Shown in pieces: positions 25,028 to 32,000 of a DNA stretch of 32,000 bases (position 1 is its first letter; each line of letters begins with the position of its first letter). The notes beneath the pieces were generated by a model. That model was not told the DNA's origin and ran no database searches. It worked only from the letters and a program-made list of their open reading frames with translations. The stretch is from Candidatus Nanogingivalaceae bacterium. Lineage in GTDB: Bacteria > Patescibacteriota > Saccharimonadia > Saccharimonadales > Saccharimonadaceae. The translations under genes and the position numbers were made by a program. The DNA lies in the NCBI GenBank assembly GCA_015257795.3, contig CP072208.2, forward strand, positions 240,001-272,000, in the 5' to 3' direction.

Positions 25028-25225
25028 TTAAATTTGTTTTGTTAAATACCAGCCGCCGTCCAAATCTTGATAGACTTTTAATTCGAGCGAAAAATCCAGA
25101 GCCATTAAATATTCTGCAGCTCGTTCAGCTTCAAGTTTTGAGGGATACCGTTTCTTTTTCGAACTCGAAAGTTGCATTTCGAAACGTTCAAACTTAATTT
25201 TTTTCTTATTATTTTTGCGTGGCAT
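25028..25225 (-). CDS. Small basic hypothetical protein (65 aa), overlapping the dus 3' end by 17 nt
   Basis: The ORF overlaps the dus stop and may be translationally coupled. The N-terminus is basic and the C-terminus reads [19 protein letters not shown]. No family recognised. Confidence 0.4.
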   Translation of the reverse strand: MPRKNNKKKIKFERFEMQLSSSKKKRYPSKLEAERAAEYLMALDFSLELKVYQDLDGGWYLTKQI

Positions 25226-26219
25226 TTCGAAAGTCCTTCAAAATTTCGCGAACTTCATCAACTGTTTTAGTTTCCATCAATTTAGCACGCAAATCACTAG
25301 CGCCAGCAAATTCACGAACATAAATTTTAAAGAAACGTTTTAACGGCTCAAAACGGCGTTTTTCAAGTTCGCGAGAATATTTTTCAAACAAATCAAGTTG
25401 AAGCTCGAGCAAATCTAAATAATCACTTGAGGTTCGAGCAGTTTCTGGCAGATTTTTTTCGAAACAAAATGGGTTTTCGAAAACGCCCCGACCAATCATA
25501 ATTCCATCAATTTTTGGATATTTTCGCCAAAGTTCAAGCCCTTGCGCGCGAGATTTTATATCGCCGTTAATTTGAATTAAAGTGTTTGGCGCAATTTCGT
25601 CGCGCAATTTGAGAATTTCAGGAATTAGTTCAAAATGCGCTGGAACTTTACTCATTTCTTTTTTTGTTCGTAAGTGAATAGTTAAAACTTCGATTTTTTG
25701 TTCAAGTAAGAATTTTAGCCAGTCGTGCCACTCTTCCACTCTCGAGAAACCGAGGCGTGTTTTAACTGAAACTGGCAAACCGCCTGCTTTTGCGCTTTTG
25801 ATAATTTCTTTGGCAAGATCTGGATTTCGAATCAAATCGCTGCCACCACCACTTTTAATAACGGCCTTATCTGGGCAGCCCATATTAATATCAATCGCTT
25901 GATATCCAAGCTCTGGTAGTTTTTCGCACATAAATTTAATGTCGGCTGGTCGCGAACCCCAAATTTGCGCAATAATTGGCTGCTCATCAGGCGTAAAAGT
26001 TAAGCGGCCGCGTGTGCTATGAATTCCTTTTGGGCTAGCAAAGCTTGAAGAATTTGTGAATTCGGTATAATAAACATCCGGTCGAGCAGCTTTCGAAACG
26101 ACATGACGAAAAACCACATCGGTTACGGCTTCCATTGGCGCTAATGAAAAAAACGGTAATTTTTGACCATTTTCTTCGCCGGTTGATTCGATAATTTTTT
26201 TCCAAAATTCACTTTTCAT
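25209..26219 (-). CDS. dus: tRNA-dihydrouridine synthase
   Basis: [22 protein letters not shown] (catalytic Cys region), and the TIM-barrel pattern VSVKTRLG...TIHLRT...NGDI...DGIMIGRG. Confidence 0.9.
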   Translation of the reverse strand: MKSEFWKKIIESTGEENGQKLPFFSLAPMEAVTDVVFRHVVSKAARPDVYYTEFTNSSSFASPKGIHSTRGRLTFTPDEQPIIAQIWGSRPADIKFMCEKLPELGYQAIDINMGCPDKAVIKSGGGSDLIRNPDLAKEIIKSAKAGGLPVSVKTRLGFSRVEEWHDWLKFLLEQKIEVLTIHLRTKKEMSKVPAHFELIPEILKLRDEIAPNTLIQINGDIKSRAQGLELWRKYPKIDGIMIGRGVFENPFCFEKNLPETARTSSDYLDLLELQLDLFEKYSRELEKRRFEPLKRFFKIYVREFAGASDLRAKLMETKTVDEVREILKDFRNATQK

Positions 26220-26226
26220 GATCTAT

Positions 26227-26275
26227 ATTATATCACAAAACGCGACTTTCGAAAACATAAAAAATATGCTATACT
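26227..26275. promoter_or_regulatory. Divergent leaderless promoters: TGaTATAAT (26227-26235, minus) 7 nt before dus ATG 26219, and TGcTATACT (26267-26275, plus) 6 nt before ATG 26282
   Basis: Both extended -10 boxes were read directly. There is no SD on either side. A TTCGAA copy lies between them at 26248-26253. Confidence 0.55.
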
Positions 26276-26281
26276 ATAGTT

Positions 26282-27415
26282 ATGAAAGTTAAAATTGAAA
26301 TTGATACAAAAACACTAATTCGTTTTTGGCTTGTGATTTTTGGATTTATCATCCTGGCCGGTGCAATATGGATTGCAAAAGATGTCCTAATCATGATAAT
26401 TATCGCAGCTTTTTTGGCATTAGCCTTAAATTCACCTGTCGCAAAAATTGCAAAAATTTTGCCGGGCTCAAGTAAGAATCGTGTCGGTGCGACTGCAGTT
26501 GCGTATCTTATAATTGTGCTAATTTTTGGTGCGCTATTTTCTGTTCTTACGCCAATCATCACAGACCAAGTTAAGCACTTTTCGAAAGATTTACCGCAAA
26601 TTGTTCAAAACTATACAGGAGAGCAATCAGGGATACGACGATTTATTACGGAAAACCATCTTGAAGGGATGATCTCGCAAGCTGTCGATTCTGTGACGCG
26701 CTCAATTAACTCTTCGGTTTCGAAAATTGGCGATGTATTTTTTGGAAGTATCGCTTCGATTGTTGGCTGGATAATTTCATTATTTATGGTTCTTGCAATG
26801 GCTTTCTTGATGCTTGTTGAGGGGCCAGACTTGATCGATAAGATATTTAAAGTGTTTTACACTGATAAAATTCTTGAGAAAAACCATCGTCGAATTCTCT
26901 CGCGAATGTATGGTACAGTTTCGGGATATGTCTCGAGTATTGTGACAATTTGTTCTATTAGTGCAACTTGTGGCTCACTCGCGACAGCAATTTTAGCATT
27001 GATTTTCGGTTTTCCAATTAGTCTAATAGCGCCAATTGCTGTATTGCTATTTATTTTCGGCATGATTCCAATGGTTGGAACGACAATTGCGGGAATGCTT
27101 TCGGCATTAATTATTGGGTTGAATTCACCTACCGCTGGCTTAATCTTTCTAGCTTATTTCTTGATTTATCAGCAGATTGAAAACAATGTAATCTCGCCAA
27201 TGGTTCAAGCTCGAAACAATCAGCTTTCAGCCTTAATTATCTTTATAGCATTAACAGTTGGTGTTTATGCATTTGGACTTTTGGGTGCTCTTCTTGCAAT
27301 TCCTCTTGCGGCTTGTGCTAAGATTCTTGTTCAAGAGCAATTGAAATCTCGAAAACGTCGTTCACGAGAAGAAAACTCTGAAAGACTTGTTGAGCTTCTC
27401 AAGAAAATCAGCTAG
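26282..27415 (+). CDS. AI-2E family transporter (PerM/UPF0118)
   Basis: About 8 TM helices. Family-typical segments are FGMIPMVGTTIAGMLSALI and YQQIENNVISPMVQ. Confidence 0.85.
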   Translation: MKVKIEIDTKTLIRFWLVIFGFIILAGAIWIAKDVLIMIIIAAFLALALNSPVAKIAKILPGSSKNRVGATAVAYLIIVLIFGALFSVLTPIITDQVKHFSKDLPQIVQNYTGEQSGIRRFITENHLEGMISQAVDSVTRSINSSVSKIGDVFFGSIASIVGWIISLFMVLAMAFLMLVEGPDLIDKIFKVFYTDKILEKNHRRILSRMYGTVSGYVSSIVTICSISATCGSLATAILALIFGFPISLIAPIAVLLFIFGMIPMVGTTIAGMLSALIIGLNSPTAGLIFLAYFLIYQQIENNVISPMVQARNNQLSALIIFIALTVGVYAFGLLGALLAIPLAACAKILVQEQLKSRKRRSREENSERLVELLKKIS

Positions 27416-27420
27416 AAATT

Positions 27421-27453
27421 AAAATCAGCCTCGAATTTCGAAAGGCTGATTTT
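27421..27453. terminator. Bidirectional terminator shared with cysS
   Basis: AAAATCAGCCT...AGGCTGATTTT, with a TTCGAA copy (27437-27442) at the stem apex. Confidence 0.7.
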
Positions 27454-27461
27454 TTATTGGA

Positions 27462-28862
27462 CTATTTATATTCCCAGAAACTTTTCTTTGGAGTATCGCG
27501 CAGAATAATATTTTTCGAAAGCAATTCGTCACGAATTTCATCGCTTTTTGCCCAGTCTTTTTCGGCTCGGGCAGCGTTTCTTTCGATAATTTTTTTCTTT
27601 ATTTCTTCTGGAATATCAGGAGTTGAACCAAGCAGATTTAAACCTAAAAGATCATCAATAAACTCCAAAAGTTCTTGAAGGTTGTGATGATTAAGTTTTT
27701 CTGGGTTTGCTTTTAAAATTTCACCAAAAATTTCATCAATTTTTGCAAGCGCTTTTGGCGTATCGAGGTTGTCGTTAATTTGCTCAAGGATTATTTGTTT
27801 ACTTGCAAGGCTTGGAATTTCACCTTTACTTCCTTCGATTTGCCAGCGCAAGTTTGCAATATTTTGCCAGTTTTTAAGCCTATTTTGCGCAGCTTTTAGA
27901 CTTTCGAAACTAAAATTACTTTCCGTTTGGTACTGGCTTTGCAGGACAAACATTTTGAAGTCTAACGGAGAAAAACCTCTCATTTGAAGGTCGTTTAAGC
28001 TAAACCCATTTTGTAGCGATTTTGAAATTTTTCGGCCCTCACTAGTCATATGATTACAGTGGAGCCAGTAGTTAGCAAATTTCTTACCCGTAAAACTTTC
28101 GCTTTGCGCAATTTCATCTGTGTGATGAACTGGGATGTGGTCAATTCCACCAGTATGGATATCAATTGTTTGACCTAAAGTATTAATTGCAATTGCTGAG
28201 CATTCTAAATGCCAACCCGGAAAGCCCTTTCGACCATGAAATTCCCATTCCATATCACGCTTTTGATCTTTCGGTGACCATTTCCAGAGTGCGAAATCGC
28301 TTAAATTACGCTTTTCGGGGTTAAAGTTAACGCGAGCGCCCGCTTTTAGATTCTCTAAATCAAGATGTGCGAAATCAGCATATTTAGGAAACTTGCTTGT
28401 ATCGAAATAAATTCCGTCGCTCGTTTCGTATGTGAAGCCCTTTTTCGAAAGATCTTCAATAATAGCAATTTGCTCAGGGATAAAATCTGTCGCTTTCGAA
28501 AGATGATCCGGCTGGATTAAATTAAGATCATGTATTCCACGCAAGAATTCTTCTGTGTAAAATTCTGCAATTTCCCAAGCTGTCTTCCCTTCGCGGCGTG
28601 CCCCTTTTTCGAGCTTATCTTCACCTTCGTCCTCATCACTAACCAGATGACCAACATCAGTAATATTCATTGTGCGAGTAACATTGTAGCCGTTTAAGCG
28701 TAAGGTTCGAATCAAAATATCCCAATAAATAAATGCAACCCAATTACCGATATGGGGTGTATCATAAACAGTTGGTCCACAGGTGTAAATTTTAACATTT
28801 TGTGGGTCAATTGGCTGGAAGTCTTCTATTTTTCGATCAGGAGTATTGTAGAATTTTAGCAT
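27462..28862 (-). CDS. cysS: Cysteine--tRNA ligase
   Basis: HIGH motif (TPHIGNW), KMSKS motif (KISKSL), the Zn-binding Cys/His pattern (CGPT..., HLECS, H..H) and a class I Rossmann layout. Confidence 0.93.
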   Translation of the reverse strand: MLKFYNTPDRKIEDFQPIDPQNVKIYTCGPTVYDTPHIGNWVAFIYWDILIRTLRLNGYNVTRTMNITDVGHLVSDEDEGEDKLEKGARREGKTAWEIAEFYTEEFLRGIHDLNLIQPDHLSKATDFIPEQIAIIEDLSKKGFTYETSDGIYFDTSKFPKYADFAHLDLENLKAGARVNFNPEKRNLSDFALWKWSPKDQKRDMEWEFHGRKGFPGWHLECSAIAINTLGQTIDIHTGGIDHIPVHHTDEIAQSESFTGKKFANYWLHCNHMTSEGRKISKSLQNGFSLNDLQMRGFSPLDFKMFVLQSQYQTESNFSFESLKAAQNRLKNWQNIANLRWQIEGSKGEIPSLASKQIILEQINDNLDTPKALAKIDEIFGEILKANPEKLNHHNLQELLEFIDDLLGLNLLGSTPDIPEEIKKKIIERNAARAEKDWAKSDEIRDELLSKNIILRDTPKKSFWEYK

Positions 28863-28871
28863 AATAGATAT

Positions 28872-28880
28872 ATTATATCA
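28872..28880 (-). promoter_or_regulatory. Extended -10 TGaTATAAT, 9 nt before cysS ATG 28862
   Basis: The minus-strand reading is tgatataat-atatctatt-ATG, with no SD. Confidence 0.5.
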
Positions 28881-28911
28881 CAGCACAAAGATTCTTTCCA
28901 TTTTATATAAA

Positions 28912-28938
28912 AAGAACCTGCCAGTTTGGCAGATTCTT
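28912..28938 (-). terminator. Terminator of rplA
   Basis: AAGAACCTGCCA / gtt / TGGCAGATTCTT (one mismatch). The minus strand continues tttttatat. Confidence 0.6.
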
Positions 28939-28955
28939 TGTGTTTGCTACTAAAA

Positions 28956-30026
28956 TTAAGCAATTGGGTTTTCTGTTTTAATGCTTGGACCTTGTGAGGT
29001 TGCAACTGAAACACCCTTTACGTAAGCACCTTTGATTGAAGATGGTTTTTGTGAAGCAAGACTATCGAAGAATGCTTTTGCGTTTTCTTCAAGTTTTTCT
29101 ACACCGAATGATACTTTACCAACTGAAAGGTGAACAATCGCTTGTTTGTCAACACGGTATTCAACTTTTCCGGCTTTAGCTTCAGAAACAGCTTTAGCAA
29201 CATCAGCGGCAACTGTTCCAGCTTTAGGGTTTGGCATTAATCCGCGTGGTCCAAGAAGGCGAGCGTATTTACCAAGTTTTGGCATGTATGCTGGAGTTGC
29301 AATAAGAACATCAAAGTTAAGATCTTCTTTATCAAGTTGTTTCAAGAATTCTTCATCGCCAATGATATTTGCGCCAGCTTCTTTTGCGGCTTTATGTTCG
29401 CTTTCTGGTGCGAAAACGGCAACTTCCACATCTTTACCGGTTCCATTTGGCAAGATAACTGTTGAACGAATGTTTTGGTCAGCTTGTCGTGGATCTACAC
29501 CAAGTCGAACGTGAATTTCAACTGAAGCGTCGAATTTAGCTGGGTTTGTTTCGGTTGCAAGTTTAAGAGCGTCAGATAGGCTGTAAACAGTATCTTTTTC
29601 AACTTTTTTCGCAACTTCTTGGTATTTTTTACCTCGTCGTTCGATTCGTGGTCGAGTAATTGGTTTTGGACCTTTTTTAACAACAGCTTCAGATCCATCT
29701 AATGGAGCTGTGTCGCCTGCTGCTTTTCGAGCTTCTTTGGCTTCTTTTTCAGCAACTTCTTCAGCGTGTTTTTTGCTGCGTTTTCCGCTTTTTGCGAATT
29801 TTTCTTCTGTTTCTACAGCTTCAACAATTTCTTCTGCGATTTCAGCTGCTTCAACTGATTCTTCTACGGCTTCCGCTACTTCTACAGCTTCAACAATTTC
29901 TTCTGCGATTTCTTCAGCTTTAGCACCTTTGATTGCTTCATTAATTTGAGCAATTGTCATTTTTTCAGAAACTTCAAGCCCAAGAGCTTTAGCTTCTTCG
30001 ATCAAGTCGGCTTTTTTCTTTGCCAT
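28956..30026 (-). CDS. rplA: 50S ribosomal protein L1 with an N-terminal extension of about 125 aa
   Basis: The C-terminal 230 aa are collinear with bacterial L1 (RGKKYQEVAKKV...FDASVEIHVRLGVDPRQADQNIRSTVILPNGTGK...LGPRGLMPNPKAGTV). The N-terminal extension is in the same ORF with no internal start, and SD GAAAGGA lies 6 nt before ATG 30026. Confidence 0.9.
   Translation of the reverse strand: MAKKKADLIEEAKALGLEVSEKMTIAQINEAIKGAKAEEIAEEIVEAVEVAEAVEESVEAAEIAEEIVEAVETEEKFAKSGKRSKKHAEEVAEKEAKEARKAAGDTAPLDGSEAVVKKGPKPITRPRIERRGKKYQEVAKKVEKDTVYSLSDALKLATETNPAKFDASVEIHVRLGVDPRQADQNIRSTVILPNGTGKDVEVAVFAPESEHKAAKEAGANIIGDEEFLKQLDKEDLNFDVLIATPAYMPKLGKYARLLGPRGLMPNPKAGTVAADVAKAVSEAKAGKVEYRVDKQAIVHLSVGKVSFGVEKLEENAKAFFDSLASQKPSSIKGAYVKGVSVATSQGPSIKTENPIA
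29812..29912 (-). repeat. Exact 32-nt direct repeat (29812-29843 and 29881-29912) encoding the AEEIVEAVE acidic repeats of the L1 extension
   Basis: tctacagcttcaacaatttcttctgcgatttc occurs twice, 69 nt apart. Confidence 0.8.
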
Positions 30027-30037
30027 TTCTATCCTTT

Positions 30038-30068
30038 CTGTGGTAATAGCGGCTTGCGCCTCCCAACA
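30038..30068 (-). promoter_or_regulatory. Putative L1-binding autoregulatory leader (mimic of the 23S L1 stalk)
   Basis: The leader RNA is ...UGUUGGGAGGC-GCAA-GCCGCUAUUACCACAG-AAAGGA..AUG. It contains GGGAGGC, a GNRA-capped stub and AUUACCAC, which echoes the GGUGGGAGGC...AAAUACCACCC junction of 23S H76-78 as I recall it from E. coli. Confidence 0.4.
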
Positions 30069-30086
30069 TTGATTATTAACCTTTTA

Positions 30087-30115
30087 ATTATAACAATTTT
30101 TTGAGAAAAAGTCAA
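30087..30115 (-). promoter_or_regulatory. rplA promoter: -35 TTGACT, 17-nt spacer, extended -10 TGtTATAAT
   Basis: The minus-strand reading is ttgact-ttttctcaaaaaattgt-tataat. It begins 2 nt after the YhgE stop codon. Confidence 0.6.
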
Positions 30116-30117
30116 AA

Positions 30118-32000
30118 CTAAATTTTATTGCTAGAAAGAGTTTTGTTTTCGCTAGAACTCATTTTGACGTAATACGCCAATAAACTTATAACACCAAAAA
30201 TTAAACCAAAAATAATCAAACTAAAGATGGAACTTTCAAAAATTGGTTGAGATAATCCGCCTAATATTGCTTGTCTGAAAGCGGTTAGCGAATAGTAAAG
30301 CGGCATAAATGGCGCCATGTTTTGAAAAATTTGAGGTGTTGTCGCAATCGGGAACATTCCCCCGCTACTTGCAAGCTGTAAAATCATGAAAACAATTGAA
30401 GCAAACTGGCCAACTCTGCCGAAAGCAAACATTAATGCATGAACAATCAAAAGGAATGAAAATGCCGAAACATAAGAACTCAAAACAAAAGAATTTATAT
30501 CCGCAGGTGAAATGTTAAATATTCCGCTAAAAATAATTGTAAGAACTAGAGTTTCAGCTCCGGCAAAGCCAGCCATAATCCCTACCCTTGAAAGCCACCA
30601 TTTAAGTGCTGAACAATTCTTTTTTGGCTTATTTTGGATCGGAAACGCAATATTAAACGAAATCGCCCCAACAAACAAACCTAATGCGATGAAATATGGA
30701 GCCATCGCTTTTCCGTATGTTGCATCTCCAGAATTATTTGAAACTTCACTTTTAACTGGCGTTGCGATATTTTTAGCAGATTCATCCGAGAAATTAATTT
30801 TCGAAAGTTTTTCTGCACCAGATGAAAGTTGTGAAGTTAATAGATTCGAGCCATCTTGTAGTTTTGTGGTGCCGGAATTTATTGTGTTTATTCCTGAATT
30901 TAAAGTGTTAATTCCGCCCAAAAGTTGAGCTGTACTTTCAGGGATTTTTTGTTCACTGGTGTTAAATTCGTTCATTTTTGTTGAGAAAGTTGTAACTCCA
31001 GTTGAAAGCTGTTTTTCGCCCGATAGAAGTAAGTTGTGTGAATTTTGTATTTTGCGTGAATTTTGCGCCAAGCTTTGTGCGGCTGGAACAATTTTTTGCG
31101 AAAATTGCGTTTGCAAGTTTTGCGATTTTTTAGCATTTTTTTGGGCGTCAGCGGTAATATTTTTTGCCGAAATCGCCAACTCATCGGCAAGATTTTTAAT
31201 ATTCTGATTATTAGTTTGTTCAGCTAAAATGTGCATTTTTGCCACTTTTTGATTTAATTCCAATAAGTGTTCACTTTGATTTTTTGCATCAGAATTATCG
31301 CTTATCGCAGAATTTAGTGTGGTTAAACCATTCGAAAACTCTTCACTTTTGGCCGAAAAATCTTGTAATCCCTTTTGTAAGTTTTCGCTATTTTGGCTTA
31401 AAAGATTGGTTTTATTTGAAATTTCGGTTGCACTAAAAGCAAGTTTATTACTCGCTTCGGCCATTTTCTGGTTTGCTGAATTTAATTTTTCCGCGCCATT
31501 TTTTAGTTTTATAACTCCAGAATTTGCCGAATTTAAACTATTGCCTAAACTACTAATCCCGTTTGAAATTTGTTCTGAACCGCTCGCTGCTTTCGAAAAA
31601 CCGTTTTGAACATTCGAAAGTTGAGAAAGTAGAATCTTACTGTAGTTTTCACTAATTTGCGCTCGAACCTGTTCACTCAGTTTTTGTGCGGCGTTGGTTG
31701 AAATCATTTCACCAGATTTACTTTTCGAAACATTTGTTTTAAATGAAATATTCACTTTTTGCGGATTTTCTCCCAAAAAACTAACTGAATTTTTCGAAAA
31801 ATCTTTTGGAATATGTACAATCATGAAAGTGTCGCCATCGGTCAAATCTTTCTCGGCTGTTTTTAAATCCGTAAACTGCCAGTTTAAAGTTCTTGATTGC
31901 TTAAGGTTATTGCTAATTTTATTGCCAAGTTCAATATTTTGACCATTAAAAAGGACAGGTTCATCTTCATTTACTACTGATATCTTTAGGTTTTCGATTT
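30118..32000 (-). CDS. YhgE/Pip domain membrane protein (partial; N-terminus beyond the right edge)
   Basis: The frame stays open to base 32000 (...ISVVNEDEPVLFNGQNIELGNKISNNLKQSRTLNWQFTDLKTAEKDLTDGDTFMIVHIPKDFS), a typical YhgE N-terminal region. A long N/S/Q-rich helical ectodomain follows, then a C-terminal ABC-2-type 5-6 TM bundle. Confidence 0.8.
   Translation of the reverse strand, partial: IENLKISVVNEDEPVLFNGQNIELGNKISNNLKQSRTLNWQFTDLKTAEKDLTDGDTFMIVHIPKDFSKNSVSFLGENPQKVNISFKTNVSKSKSGEMISTNAAQKLSEQVRAQISENYSKILLSQLSNVQNGFSKAASGSEQISNGISSLGNSLNSANSGVIKLKNGAEKLNSANQKMAEASNKLAFSATEISNKTNLLSQNSENLQKGLQDFSAKSEEFSNGLTTLNSAISDNSDAKNQSEHLLELNQKVAKMHILAEQTNNQNIKNLADELAISAKNITADAQKNAKKSQNLQTQFSQKIVPAAQSLAQNSRKIQNSHNLLLSGEKQLSTGVTTFSTKMNEFNTSEQKIPESTAQLLGGINTLNSGINTINSGTTKLQDGSNLLTSQLSSGAEKLSKINFSDESAKNIATPVKSEVSNNSGDATYGKAMAPYFIALGLFVGAISFNIAFPIQNKPKKNCSALKWWLSRVGIMAGFAGAETLVLTIIFSGIFNISPADINSFVLSSYVSAFSFLLIVHALMFAFGRVGQFASIVFMILQLASSGGMFPIATTPQIFQNMAPFMPLYYSLTAFRQAILGGLSQPIFESSIFSLIIFGLIFGVISLLAYYVKMSSSENKTLSSNKI

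Noticed and set aside
26269-26562. A 97-aa minus-strand ORF overlapping the start of the AI-2E transporter
   Set aside because: It is antisense to a confidently identified membrane-protein gene. Its hydrophobic composition is a mirror artefact, and it has no promoter or SD.
29702-29949. Two overlapping + strand ORFs (73 and 79 aa) rich in L/Q/F/S
   Set aside because: They are antisense to the acidic repeat region of rplA. This is a repeat-driven open frame, not a gene.
1-32000. Alternative genetic code (UGA recoding), as seen in some candidate phyla
   Set aside because: All family-recognisable genes are full length and intact under the standard code, and several end in or avoid TGA normally.

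Overview
This is a compact, low-GC bacterial chromosome segment (about 35-40% GC by eye), read with the standard genetic code and mostly transcribed from the minus strand. The gene content suggests a reduced-genome, Gram-positive-type lineage such as Saccharibacteria/Patescibacteria; this is inference only. That content includes a type IV pilin, an LPXTG sortase-anchored adhesin, a sigma70-region-4/HARE-HTH protein, a Cys-less TopA with a Lys-rich tail, an orphan T4CP-like ATPase, a YhgE/Pip protein and scattered housekeeping genes (cysS, dus, an isolated rplA). I found no rRNA, tRNA or CRISPR. Five things stand out. (1) The palindrome TTCGAA, mostly TTTCGAAA, occurs about 87 times against about 10-11 expected. 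It falls in all codon phases and in intergenic DNA, much like the cyanobacterial HIP1 element. (2) An AT-rich single-gene island (8575-11974) encodes an RloC/PrrC-like ATPase of 840 aa with a coiled coil, a CxxC hook and a C-terminal HEPN-like domain. A decayed large-serine-recombinase fragment lies next to it. (3) One operon couples a MacB-type ABC transporter to an Erm-like and a RumA/RlmCD-like rRNA methyltransferase. (4) At least eight genes have an extended -10 box (TGnTAnAAT-like) 6-11 nt before the ATG, which implies leaderless mRNAs. (5) rplA is separated from rplK and rplJ, carries a roughly 125-aa N-terminal extension, and is preceded by a leader that resembles the 23S L1 stalk.
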